Source: Alphaproteobacteria bacterium (GTDB lineage: Bacteria; Pseudomonadota; Alphaproteobacteria; CAAGCB01; CAG-977). Taken from it: 64,000 nt of DNA. Positions 43,192 through 53,898 of the stretch are shown piece by piece. The first letter of the stretch is position 1; the number at the start of each line of letters is the position of its first letter. Made by a program: the position numbers and the translations under genes. Under the pieces are notes generated by a model. The model saw nothing but the letters and a program-made list of their open reading frames with translations. It ran no database searches and was not told the origin of the DNA. The stretch spans positions 117,091 to 181,090 of the forward strand of contig JAKSVT010000001.1 of assembly GCA_024407875.1 (NCBI GenBank). The letters run 5' to 3'.

Positions 43192-43267
43192 TGGTAGCGG
43201 GTGAGGGATTTGAACCCACGACACAAGGATTATGATTCCTCCGCTCTACCAACTGAGCTAACCCGCC
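43192..43267 (-). tRNA. tRNA with CAU anticodon (elongator Met or lysidine-Ile)
   Basis: Minus-strand sequence GGCGGGTTAGCTCAGTTGGTAGAGCGGAGGAATCATAATCCTTGTGTCGTGGGTTCAAATCCC...ACCCGCTACCA. It has a D-loop AGCTCAGTTGGTAGAGC, an anticodon loop ATCATAA, a T-loop GGTTCAAATCC and an encoded CCA. Confidence 0.8.
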
Positions 43268-43327
43268 ATCAAGACAAGCACTCTTTTATATGCTTTTTTT
43301 TAGTATGTCAATATATTTTTGTAAAAT

Positions 43328-43987
43328 TTATTCTTCTTTTTGATTAATTTGTTTTTCTAAAGCTTTTACTTGGGCTTTTAATTTTTCAATAGCGTCAATA
43401 ATAGGATCTGTTTTTTCTGCTGCGTAAGCTTCAAATTCTTTTACTTCAGCATTCTTTTTAGCTTTAATTATTTGTGCTGGAACACCAACAGCTGTTGCGT
43501 TATTAGGTACAGCTTTTAAAACTACGGCGTTTGATCCGACTCTTGCATCATCTCCAATTGTTATAGGGCCTAATATTTTTGCGCCAGTTCCGACAATTAC
43601 TCTGTTTCCAAGAGTAGGGTGGCGTTTGCCTTTTTGAGTTGTTGTACCACCAAGTGTCACTCCATGGTATAGAGTGCAATCATCTCCAATTACACTTGTT
43701 TCACCAATAACTAATCCTGTAGCATGGTCGATGAACAATCTTTTCCCAATTACAGCAGCAGGATGAATGTCAACGCCAGTAATAAAGCGAGCTATAGTTG
43801 ATAGGAGCCTTGCTATTGTTGTTAATTTCTTTTCCCATAAAAAGTGTGCGACTCTATAGATCATAATTGCGTGTACGCCAGGATAACACAGTAAAACTTC
43901 AATTTTTGATCTAGCAGCAGGGTCCCTTACTACAACAGAATTAATATCTTCAGATAAATCTTTAAATAATTTTATTAGTTTTGACAT
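43328..43987 (-). CDS. cysE: serine O-acetyltransferase
   Basis: Left-handed beta-helix hexapeptide repeats (DIHPAAVIGKRLFIDHATGLVIGETSVIGDDCTLYHGVTLGG). It has an unusual ~45-aa coiled-coil C-terminal extension. Confidence 0.8.
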   Translation of the reverse strand: MSKLIKLFKDLSEDINSVVVRDPAARSKIEVLLCYPGVHAIMIYRVAHFLWEKKLTTIARLLSTIARFITGVDIHPAAVIGKRLFIDHATGLVIGETSVIGDDCTLYHGVTLGGTTTQKGKRHPTLGNRVIVGTGAKILGPITIGDDARVGSNAVVLKAVPNNATAVGVPAQIIKAKKNAEVKEFEAYAAEKTDPIIDAIEKLKAQVKALEKQINQKEE

Positions 43988-44136
43988 GTCTTAAAACCTT
44001 TAGAAAGCAAACGTTCGCAATATATATATGTAAGATGAATGTAATTATCAAGAGTTAATTTTGTTAACTTTTTGGTAAGAAATGTTTGATAGCTTTTAAA
44101 CTAGAAGTATCTGTATATTTTTAAGAAAGGCAAGAA

Positions 44137-47100
44137 ATGTCTAGTTTAAAAAAAGCTCTATTATTAACGACAGCGCTTACTGCGCTTAAGCCGTGTATTG
44201 TTTATGCAGATACAGTTTCTTCAGCTATTGATTTAACGTCAACTACAAGTATTTCTGAAAATAAATATTATGAAGGTAAATCATTTTCTATATATGATCC
44301 TGGTTCAAATCCTAATATAACTTTTACTGGAGGAAGTATATATCATATTACATCTGTTGTTGCTGAACCTGTTGAAGCTGGACGTTATAAAATATCAAAT
44401 GGTGTTTATAATGAGCCCAATATAGGAGAACATGTAAATGAAAAATATGATGGTTCAGCTCTATCTTTTAATCTGTTTGATGGAAATTCTACTGAAATAG
44501 GTAATTTGAATATTTCAGGAGGGGTTATTTCAGATTCTGATACAGGTGCTATAATTATAAAAAAAGGTAATCCTAATATAAATGTTATAATACCTTCACA
44601 TGGGACTGACCCAGAAATTGCAGAAAAGCAAGTTGCAATAGTGTCATCAGGTAATATTAATATTAATGGTGGTGTGTTTAATGTATTGCATAATTTCGGA
44701 GAAAGCTATATTGACTTTAGTCCTAGTTCAGTAAATGAATCTCAAGAGTTTAATCTTTCTGGCGGCACATATAATGTCGGAGTTAATGGAGGAACGGGAA
44801 ATTCTGTTTTAAATCTTGGAAGTATTGGTAATCCTTTAAATATTTCTAGTGGAACTTTTAATGTTTATGAAAATGGTAAAGTAGTATTTAAAGGAGGTGT
44901 GATAACATTCGAGAATAGTCCTTCAAGACCTAATATATTATTTAAAAATGAAGAAAATGCTGATGGAAACGGTAAAGGAGAAATCGTTTTTACAGGCGCG
45001 AATATTAATTTAAAATCAGCAATGACTTGGGAAAATGGAAATATAAGCATTGTGGGAACTGGAGAAAGAGAAATTGCTATTACAGCCCCATGGTCAGTAA
45101 GCAAATTTGATTATTCAGGTTTTTTAGATTTAAAAAGTACAGTTACCGTAAAACAAGATTTTGTAATGGATTCATCTTCGACTTTGAGAGGAACTGGTAC
45201 TATTGTTTTGCTAGAAGGTGCTAATGCGACATTCCAAACAATTACAGATTATAAAGGTTCTATTATTGTAGATAAAAAGAATAGTGGGGCTGCTGGAACT
45301 TTAACATTTGCTGGTGCGGCTAATGTTGACAATATTGTTTTAAATGAATCTACTATGAACGTAAATTCAAGTATTAGTGTTAATACATTAAATATTAATG
45401 GTAGTATTTTAAATATTAAAGATGACTTAACAGTATCTTCCTTAAATTTAACTTCAGGGCAAATTAATTTTACTCAAGATAAAACTATAACATTTAATTC
45501 TACTGCTAATATAGTAAATACAGCAACATTTACAGGTAAAGGTACTTTACAATCTCAAGCTCCAAAAGAAGGCCAAGATAAAGATTTCGTTAATGTAAAT
45601 TTTGTTGACGCTGATGTACCTGGGGAAACAGGATTTAATGGCTATGATGCAGGTACTGGTTTAGCTATTTCAGTTAAATCAAATAAAAATTCTGAAGTAA
45701 ATTTTGAAATGAGTAATACATCAACATTTAATGTAATGTTTACTGAAGAAGGAACGACGAATTTTATAAAAGGAACTTATGAATTTCAAAATATTAAAAC
45801 AGGTTCTTCAGAAACAAGTGGTATAAGTAGTTTTAATGTTCTAGATGAAGCAAAAGTTTATACTCAACAATTGCAAGCAATTTATGGCTCAAAAATTAAT
45901 ATTGATGGTTTCTTTGATGTAAAAACAGCAGATATAACATATAATGATACTATAATTTCAGGTAAAGGTACATTAAGCGTATCAGGACCTTTTAGATATA
46001 CAGGTAAATTTGATAATTTAAATAATATAACTCTTGATGCATCTAGTGGTAATGTTACATTTGATTATGATTCTAATGCAAGTGAAAGTAGGGTAAATAA
46101 ATTAACGTTTATTGCTGATAGTACTCATTCAGGTACATTTAATATTGGTCAAAATGCTGGTGGTAATAAGGCAAGATTTGAAGTTAAAGAATTAGATTTT
46201 TCACAAGTTGAATCTGGAAGTGGTTCTAAAGTTGAATTGTTCGGTAATGGTATTCTAGCATTAAATAATCCTGGTAATGATGTGTCTGGCAATATAGGTA
46301 AGGTTGTTGGTACAGGTACGTTAGAACTTGTTGGTTCAACAAATATTAGTTTGACAGGAAGCGACTTAGATGACAATCAAAAAACTTTAAGATTGCAAAT
46401 TGGTACAGGAACGGCAACTGTTTCTGGAAATACAGAGTTAGCAGGAGTTCAATTTACTGATGAACAAGGTGGAACTTTATCTATTACTCCTGAAGGTGCA
46501 AATTTAACTTTGAATGATTTACAATCTAATAAAGGAAATACTGTTACAGGCAAAGGTAAATTGAGTTTAACATCAACTACAGCCCCTTCTGTTTTAAAAG
46601 GTAAAACATATGTTAATGAAATAGATATAACTAATTCTGATTTAACATTAGGTGAAGAATCAAAAGTTAATACTATATCAAGTAAATCTTTAACAGTTGA
46701 TCAAAACGGAAAAGCTGAATTAGGAACTGTTAGAGCAACTACTGAAGTAAAGTTGTTAGAAAATAGTGTTTCTATCATTGATAATTTAAATACGCCTAAA
46801 TTTACTCAAAATGAAAATTCAGTTTCAACAATTAAAGAAGCTAATACAATTTCAGATGCAATTGTGAATGGTGTTATGAATTTGTATAAAGGGGTAATAA
46901 CAAAATTATCTGGTACAAAAGGTACACTAAATGTAAAAAGTGATACAACGGGTGTTGAAATTACAACAAATTCACAAATTAATACATTAAATGTTGAACA
47001 AGATGGAAAATTAAAAATTGGGACTTCCGTAACTTTTGAAGTTAATAATGTTAATTTAGTTGGTACGGTTGAGGATGGTACATTAAAAGTCGTTGAAAAA

Positions 47101-50100
47101 GGTGTTTTTGGCGATGCGACAATTAATAGTTTAAATAAATTAGAAGCAAATAACGCTAGAGTTGATTTTAATGGCACAAATACCATAAAAGATTTTAGCC
47201 ACAGTAATTCAGATTTGAATGTAAATGGTACCTTAACAATTTCAAATTCTTATGCTGATGATACTGATAATAATTATTCTGATATTACAGGAAGTGGAAC
47301 TCTTATTTTAAACGCAGAATCAACAATTAATTCCAGAATTATAGATTTAAATAACTTGGTTGCTAATGCAGATGTTACATTAGCTAATGATGCTAAAATA
47401 ACTAATGTAACTACAAGAGGAGATGCTGTATTTAAATATAATGACTATATTGAAAATTTAACTGCAGAAGGAAACTTAACTTTAGAAGATGTAAATATTA
47501 TTGGACATTTAACAACAGTTTCGGGTAAAAATGCAACTTTTAATAAGAATAATATAATAGATTACGCAGATATAGCGGGAACTTTAACTCTAGCTTCTGA
47601 TGCTGTTTTGTCAATTAATAATAACTTAGTTTTAAGTGGAAGTATTACTAATGGTATAATCAGTTTAAATGGCTCAGCAAATGCAACATTAAATGGTAGC
47701 GTAAGTAATTTAGTATTAGGTTCAGGAACTGTTTATGTTAAAGATGACATTACAATCGATAACTTAACTACAACATTAAATCCAGGTGGTGTATTAGAAG
47801 TTGATGAAGGAAAAACAGCAACTATTAGAAATCAAATTACAGGAACAGGCTCATTAACTGTTAATAATGCAGGGGCTATTGAATCTGGTGTTAATATTGG
47901 TGGAAGCCTAGATGTTAATGGTGGAACTTTAAAAGTTACTGGCGGATCAAGTGTTACAAACAAAATTGGATATGATTTTGTAATGAATGGCTCATTAACA
48001 AGTGATAATACAGATGATAATTTAGAAATTGGACATGAAGCTTTCTTCAATACAGGTATAAATGCTTATAGTGGTATTATTAAAACAGCTAATGGTACTT
48101 TGAACTTTAACCAAAACGTTGAGAATGTAAATTTAATTAGTGCAAAAACAGGAACAATTAATTTTAATAATGATTTAGCTAATAGTAATGTTAAGTTAGA
48201 AGATGCCGGTGTTGTTAATTTTAAGAAGAATGCAAATATAAAAACCTTAGATACAGCAAAGAATTCAACAGTAAACTTTACAAATGGTGCTGATATAGTA
48301 GATTGGACAAGTGATGGTCGTACAAATATGGATTATCAAGAACTTAGAATTTCTAATTCAGCAACAATGAAATCTAACAGTGTTTTAGCAGTTTCTATTG
48401 ATCCAATGAATCAAAGATATGGCCATGTTAAATTAGGTTCAGCAGCAATGACTATTGAGGATGGTGCTTCTATTGATTGGTCTGCATCATATGGTATGAA
48501 TAATCAAGAAATGACTGTAAACTTGGTTGAAGGTAGTAATATTACAGGTGATTTTGCATTTACTAATGATAATAAACGCTACTCATTAACTAAAGTTGAT
48601 TGTACAGAAGGACGTTGCTATAACTTTAAGACAATAGCAACAGCTTCAGATGTTGTAAGTCAAAGTGGTACATCTAATGGTAATGATAAAAATAACGAAA
48701 AAGTTGCTGCGGCAATATTAGACGGTAAAATTTTTGAACAAGATGATCCTTTCTATGATGTTGTTGTTGCATTAGATAAATTATCTCAAAAGGGTGGAAA
48801 AGAATATGCTGATGCTTTAACAGCTGTTGCTCCTGATATTTCTGGTCAAGTAACCCAACAAGCTGTAGCTTTACAAGCTAAGATAGGTTCAGTTGTTCAA
48901 AATCGTATGATGAACATTGGCAAAGGCTTGGGTAAATCTGTAAATGTAGGAAGATCTACATTTAATGGCGCTAAATATTATGGCCAAAGTGGCGGACAAG
49001 GTTGGTCAAGCAAATATATGCGTTCACAAGATTACTATCGTAAGAATAGTTATGGTTCAAATAAGTTAGACCGCAAGTATAGTAACGATAATTATCATTA
49101 TGATAGATCAAAATATCAATACAGAAATAATGCATCAAATTCGTATAACAATTCCGGATATTTCAGTAATAAAAAATATGATACAAAGTCATATAAATCT
49201 TACAAAGATTATAAGCAAGAACAAGAATATAATAGAGTAAGACAAATTCAAGAAGCTGAAAGAAATTCATATTTTGATGATCCTATAGATCGTAAATATA
49301 GCAGACCTCAACAAAAGCGTTATGCTGATCAAAGAGATGATAGAGAAATTAATTATGCTCAAAATGAAGTAAAACCAGTAGAACAAATTCCTTATGGTAT
49401 GCATGAACCTGTATCTGTAAATGTAGGTTTGTGGGCAGAAGGTTTATATAATAATACAAAATATAAGAAAAAAACTGATTTCGATGGATTTGAATTTGAT
49501 AGTACAGGCGTATCAATGGGTATTGATGCCGTATTCAATGATAATTTAGCATTCGGTTTAGGTTATGCTTCAACATCTGGTGATTTAAAGACTTTAGGTA
49601 AAAAGACAGATGTAGATGGTGATACATATTTCTTATATACAATGCTTAAACCTTCAAATTGGTATGTTTCTTTAGTTGGATCTACAACAGATAATAAATA
49701 TAAAGAAACAAAGACGGTTGCAGGATATAAGATTAAGGCTGATTATGATGCTAAATCTTATGGCGGACAAGTTATGTTTGGATATGATGGTAATGTTGTA
49801 AAACCTTCTGTAGGTGCAAGATTTACCAAAGTTAAAGTTGATGCATATAAAGATAGCGTAGGTCAAAAAGTAGATTCTTCATCAAATTCCGTATCTACGG
49901 CTTTAGCTAGAGTTGATTTTGAAAATGTATTATCAAGAAATTCTGATAGTATGTGGTTGTTAGATACAGGTGTCGGTGCTGAATATGACTTTAAGCGAAA
50001 TGGTGAAAAGACAAGTGTTTCATTATCAAATGGATCTAACTATGAAGTTGAAGGCAAAAAGTTAGAAAAATTTGGAGCTAATGGATCTGTAGGTATTCGC

Positions 50101-50205
50101 TACCAAGCAGCTAAAGGAGTTGTTGTTTCAGCTGAATATAACTTAGATTGGCGTAAAGATTATACATCTCATAATGTCACAGCAAACATTCGTTGGAATT
50201 TCTAA
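44137..50205 (+). CDS. autotransporter (type Va) with ~1600-aa beta-helical passenger, Tyr/Lys/Asn-rich linker and C-terminal beta-barrel
   Basis: Signal peptide MSSLKKALLLTTALTALKPCIVYA, many degenerate G/N/T-rich passenger repeats, and a C-terminal barrel ending ...NIRWNF. Confidence 0.8.
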   Translation: MSSLKKALLLTTALTALKPCIVYADTVSSAIDLTSTTSISENKYYEGKSFSIYDPGSNPNITFTGGSIYHITSVVAEPVEAGRYKISNGVYNEPNIGEHVNEKYDGSALSFNLFDGNSTEIGNLNISGGVISDSDTGAIIIKKGNPNINVIIPSHGTDPEIAEKQVAIVSSGNININGGVFNVLHNFGESYIDFSPSSVNESQEFNLSGGTYNVGVNGGTGNSVLNLGSIGNPLNISSGTFNVYENGKVVFKGGVITFENSPSRPNILFKNEENADGNGKGEIVFTGANINLKSAMTWENGNISIVGTGEREIAITAPWSVSKFDYSGFLDLKSTVTVKQDFVMDSSSTLRGTGTIVLLEGANATFQTITDYKGSIIVDKKNSGAAGTLTFAGAANVDNIVLNESTMNVNSSISVNTLNINGSILNIKDDLTVSSLNLTSGQINFTQDKTITFNSTANIVNTATFTGKGTLQSQAPKEGQDKDFVNVNFVDADVPGETGFNGYDAGTGLAISVKSNKNSEVNFEMSNTSTFNVMFTEEGTTNFIKGTYEFQNIKTGSSETSGISSFNVLDEAKVYTQQLQAIYGSKINIDGFFDVKTADITYNDTIISGKGTLSVSGPFRYTGKFDNLNNITLDASSGNVTFDYDSNASESRVNKLTFIADSTHSGTFNIGQNAGGNKARFEVKELDFSQVESGSGSKVELFGNGILALNNPGNDVSGNIGKVVGTGTLELVGSTNISLTGSDLDDNQKTLRLQIGTGTATVSGNTELAGVQFTDEQGGTLSITPEGANLTLNDLQSNKGNTVTGKGKLSLTSTTAPSVLKGKTYVNEIDITNSDLTLGEESKVNTISSKSLTVDQNGKAELGTVRATTEVKLLENSVSIIDNLNTPKFTQNENSVSTIKEANTISDAIVNGVMNLYKGVITKLSGTKGTLNVKSDTTGVEITTNSQINTLNVEQDGKLKIGTSVTFEVNNVNLVGTVEDGTLKVVEKGVFGDATINSLNKLEANNARVDFNGTNTIKDFSHSNSDLNVNGTLTISNSYADDTDNNYSDITGSGTLILNAESTINSRIIDLNNLVANADVTLANDAKITNVTTRGDAVFKYNDYIENLTAEGNLTLEDVNIIGHLTTVSGKNATFNKNNIIDYADIAGTLTLASDAVLSINNNLVLSGSITNGIISLNGSANATLNGSVSNLVLGSGTVYVKDDITIDNLTTTLNPGGVLEVDEGKTATIRNQITGTGSLTVNNAGAIESGVNIGGSLDVNGGTLKVTGGSSVTNKIGYDFVMNGSLTSDNTDDNLEIGHEAFFNTGINAYSGIIKTANGTLNFNQNVENVNLISAKTGTINFNNDLANSNVKLEDAGVVNFKKNANIKTLDTAKNSTVNFTNGADIVDWTSDGRTNMDYQELRISNSATMKSNSVLAVSIDPMNQRYGHVKLGSAAMTIEDGASIDWSASYGMNNQEMTVNLVEGSNITGDFAFTNDNKRYSLTKVDCTEGRCYNFKTIATASDVVSQSGTSNGNDKNNEKVAAAILDGKIFEQDDPFYDVVVALDKLSQKGGKEYADALTAVAPDISGQVTQQAVALQAKIGSVVQNRMMNIGKGLGKSVNVGRSTFNGAKYYGQSGGQGWSSKYMRSQDYYRKNSYGSNKLDRKYSNDNYHYDRSKYQYRNNASNSYNNSGYFSNKKYDTKSYKSYKDYKQEQEYNRVRQIQEAERNSYFDDPIDRKYSRPQQKRYADQRDDREINYAQNEVKPVEQIPYGMHEPVSVNVGLWAEGLYNNTKYKKKTDFDGFEFDSTGVSMGIDAVFNDNLAFGLGYASTSGDLKTLGKKTDVDGDTYFLYTMLKPSNWYVSLVGSTTDNKYKETKTVAGYKIKADYDAKSYGGQVMFGYDGNVVKPSVGARFTKVKVDAYKDSVGQKVDSSSNSVSTALARVDFENVLSRNSDSMWLLDTGVGAEYDFKRNGEKTSVSLSNGSNYEVEGKKLEKFGANGSVGIRYQAAKGVVVSAEYNLDWRKDYTSHNVTANIRWNF

Positions 50206-50222
50206 TTTGCTAGTATAAAAAG

Positions 50223-52028
50223 ATGGAAAACGAAGCTCCGATATTTTCAGTACAAAATGTAGAACTTTCATTTGGTGGAAAGCCTTTATTTACAGGTATT
50301 GATATATTTATTAAACGAGGCGATAAAGTATGCCTCATTGGAAGAAATGGTTCTGGTAAATCTACTTTATTAAAAATAATTGCAGGATTAATAGAACCTG
50401 ACAAAGGTGAAAAGTTTTTACAGCCTGGCATTAAAATAGCTTATATGGCACAAGATTCTGATTTTAAAGATTATAATACTTTAAGAGATGTTGTTTTATC
50501 TGGTTTAACAGATCAAAGTGAAACCTTTAAAGCTGATATTTTATTAGACAATTTTGAAATAAATGGCGATTTGTTGGTTTCTAAAGCATCAGGTGGTGAA
50601 AAGAAAAAAGCTGCTATGGCAAAAGCTTTGGTAAGTGAACCTGATTTGCTTTTGTTAGATGAACCTACTAACCATCTGGATATTTGGACTATTGAAAAAA
50701 TAGAAAAGTTAGTAAAAGATTTTAATGGCGCTGTAATTGTTATTAGCCATGATAAGGCTTTTTTAAATTCTGTTTCAAATGCAACGATTTGGATAGATAG
50801 AGGAAAAGTCTATTCAATGGATAAAGGTTTTGTTGAATTTGAAGAATGGTCTGAAAATATTTTAGAACAACAAGAGCTTGAAGCTATAAGATTAAAGAAA
50901 AAAATAGAAAGAGAAACTCAGTGGCTTCATAAAGGCGTTACAGCAAGACGTAAACGTAATATGGGAAGATTAAGACGTTTACAGGATCTAAGATTAGAAA
51001 GAAAAGAACAAATCAAATCTCCACAAGCAATAGATATATTTGTTGATAGCGGCAATGTTGCTTCTAAATTAGTTATTGAATGCAAGCATTTATCTAAACA
51101 ATATGAGGACAGAAAAATTATAGATGATTTTTCATTTAGATTAATGCGTAAAAATAAAATAGGTATAGTAGGAACTAATGGCGTTGGTAAAACAACTCTA
51201 ATAAAGTTGTTAACTGGAAAAATTGAGCCAGATAGTGGTTCAGTTCGAATTATGCGTAATTTGCAGGAAGCTTATTTTGATCAATCTAGAGCGACTTTAG
51301 ATTTAAATAAAACAATAAAAGAAACTTTATGCCCTGATGGCGGCGATACGGTTTTTGTTGGAGAAGAGCCAAGGCATGTAATAAGCTACATGAAAGATTT
51401 CTTGTTTACACCAGCTCAATTAGATCAACCTGTTTTAGCTTTGTCTGGTGGAGAAAAGAATAGACTTATATTAGCAAAAACTTTGGCTAAACCATCAAAT
51501 TTATTAGTTCTTGATGAACCAACTAATGATTTAGATATGGATACTCTTGATTTATTACAAGAGACATTGATGAACTATGATGGAACAGTATTAATTGTAA
51601 GTCATGATAGAGATTTTTTAGATAATGTTGCTACTTCTATTTTGTATTTATCAGGTGATGGAAGTGTGGTTGAATATGTAAGTAGTTGCTCTGATGTAAT
51701 TAAAATGATTAAAGAAAAAGAATTAAAAGCTAAAGAGCAAAAAGAAAAAGCGTTAAAGAAAGAGACAAAAAAGGTAGAAGAGACACCAAAGCAAAATTCT
51801 AATAGAATGTCTTATAAAAATAAAAGATTGTTAGAGATTTTACCTAAAGAAATTGAAGACTTAGAAGAACAAATAAATAAGATAGAAAATGTTTTAAATG
51901 ACCCTGAATTATATTCAAAAAATCCTAATCAATTTACAGCTTGGTCAGAACAATTAGAGCAATTAAAAACACAAAAAGATGAAAAAGAAACATTATGGCT
52001 CGAGCTGTCATGCATGGCAGATGAATAA
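50223..52028 (+). CDS. ABC-F family ATPase (Uup/EttA-like)
   Basis: Two ABC cassettes (GRNGSGKST / GTNGVGKTT, LSGGEKKK / LSGGEKNR) with an inter-domain linker and a C-terminal coiled coil. Confidence 0.8.
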   Translation: MENEAPIFSVQNVELSFGGKPLFTGIDIFIKRGDKVCLIGRNGSGKSTLLKIIAGLIEPDKGEKFLQPGIKIAYMAQDSDFKDYNTLRDVVLSGLTDQSETFKADILLDNFEINGDLLVSKASGGEKKKAAMAKALVSEPDLLLLDEPTNHLDIWTIEKIEKLVKDFNGAVIVISHDKAFLNSVSNATIWIDRGKVYSMDKGFVEFEEWSENILEQQELEAIRLKKKIERETQWLHKGVTARRKRNMGRLRRLQDLRLERKEQIKSPQAIDIFVDSGNVASKLVIECKHLSKQYEDRKIIDDFSFRLMRKNKIGIVGTNGVGKTTLIKLLTGKIEPDSGSVRIMRNLQEAYFDQSRATLDLNKTIKETLCPDGGDTVFVGEEPRHVISYMKDFLFTPAQLDQPVLALSGGEKNRLILAKTLAKPSNLLVLDEPTNDLDMDTLDLLQETLMNYDGTVLIVSHDRDFLDNVATSILYLSGDGSVVEYVSSCSDVIKMIKEKELKAKEQKEKALKKETKKVEETPKQNSNRMSYKNKRLLEILPKEIEDLEEQINKIENVLNDPELYSKNPNQFTAWSEQLEQLKTQKDEKETLWLELSCMADE

Positions 52029-52108
52029 GCTTGGCTTATATTTTTCGTTTTTTGTTTTATTTTACAATTGATTTCGTGTATATTAACGCCATTAAATATT
52101 TTATTTAA

Positions 52109-52459
<351 letters not shown>

Positions 52460-52474
52460 TTAAGGATAAAAAAG

Positions 52475-53896
52475 ATGAACTTAAATGTTGAAGATGCTGA
52501 AGGTTTAGTAAAGTTTGTAAATGAAAATGAAATCGAATTTGTAGATTTTAGATTTACAGATTATTTAGGTAAATGGCACCATGTTAGTTTTCATAACTCA
52601 GCAATTAATGAAGATATGTTAGAAGATGGATTGTTGATTGATGGATCTTCTATGCCAGGATGGTGCACAATTAATGAATCAGATATGCAATTAGTTCCTG
52701 ATTATCAATCAGCAGGAATAGATCCATTTATGGAGAAAAAGACACTTTACGTTATTTGTTCATTATGTGAACCTTTAACAGGACAACCTTATGTAAGAGA
52801 TCCTAGATCTGTTGCTAAAAAAGCTGAAGCCTACTTAGCATTAAGTGGCGTTGCTGATACAGTTTATGTTGGTGCTGAAGCAGAATTCTTTATTTTTGAT
52901 GGCGTAAAATATGCTGTAAAACCAGAAAAGATGTCATTTGAAATTGATAATTATGAAAGTGATTCTGCAAGTGATATTGATTTTGAAGATGGCAATTTAG
53001 GACATAGACCTGGATTAAAGGGTGGATATTTCCCGTTGTCTCCAATTGATAATGCTACAGATATGAGAGCAGAGATGCTTTCAATTATGGCAAATCAAGG
53101 ATTGCCTGTTGATAAACATCACCATGAAGTAGGTGCAGGACAACAAGAATTAGGTTTTGCTTATGATACATTGTTAAAAACTGCTGACAATTTGCAATTA
53201 TATAAACATATTGTAAAGAATGTAGCTGATGCTTATGGTAAATCAGCAACATTTATGCCAAAACCTGTTATGGGTGAAGCTGGTTCAGGAATGCATACAC
53301 ATTTTTCATTATGGAAGAAAAATCAACCATTGTTCCATGGTAATGGTTATGCAGATTTATCTGATAAGGCTTTATATTTTATTGGAGGCATAATCAAACA
53401 TGCAAAAGCACTAAATGCTTTTACAAATCCAACAACAAATAGTTATAAGCGTTTGGTTCCAGGTTTTGAAGCTCCTGTATTGCTAGCTTATTCTGCACGC
53501 AATCGTTCAGCTTCATGTCGTATTCCTCATGGAAATAGTCCAAAGTCAAAACGTATTGAAATTCGTTTTCCAGACCCAACAGCAAATCCATATTTAGCTT
53601 TTGCAGCAATGATGATGGCAGGTTTAGATGGTATTGAAAATAAGATTAATCCAGGGGAGCCAATGGATAAAAACTTGTATGATTTACCTCCTGAAGAATT
53701 AAAAGATGTTCCATCTGTTGCAGCTGATTTAAGAGAGGCTTTAGTTGCTTTAGATGAAGATAGAACATTCTTAAAGAAAGGTGATGTGTTTACTGATGAG
53801 TTGATAGATTCATATTTAGAAGTAAAAAATGCTGAATTAAAAGAATTTATGAAAACTCCACATCCTTTAGAATTTAAGATGTATTATTCATTGTAA
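52475..53896 (+). CDS. glnA: glutamine synthetase type I
   Basis: 473 aa with GS catalytic motifs. It sits immediately downstream of glnB. Confidence 0.9.
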   Translation: MNLNVEDAEGLVKFVNENEIEFVDFRFTDYLGKWHHVSFHNSAINEDMLEDGLLIDGSSMPGWCTINESDMQLVPDYQSAGIDPFMEKKTLYVICSLCEPLTGQPYVRDPRSVAKKAEAYLALSGVADTVYVGAEAEFFIFDGVKYAVKPEKMSFEIDNYESDSASDIDFEDGNLGHRPGLKGGYFPLSPIDNATDMRAEMLSIMANQGLPVDKHHHEVGAGQQELGFAYDTLLKTADNLQLYKHIVKNVADAYGKSATFMPKPVMGEAGSGMHTHFSLWKKNQPLFHGNGYADLSDKALYFIGGIIKHAKALNAFTNPTTNSYKRLVPGFEAPVLLAYSARNRSASCRIPHGNSPKSKRIEIRFPDPTANPYLAFAAMMMAGLDGIENKINPGEPMDKNLYDLPPEELKDVPSVAADLREALVALDEDRTFLKKGDVFTDELIDSYLEVKNAELKEFMKTPHPLEFKMYYSL

Positions 53897-53898
53897 TT

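Noticed and set aside
43281-43308. Plus-strand hairpin + T8 (aagcactcttttatatgcttttttttag) between tRNA and cysE as a terminator
   Set aside because: The stem is only 5-6 bp and no plus-strand gene ends upstream of it. It is probably fortuitous in an AT-rich spacer.
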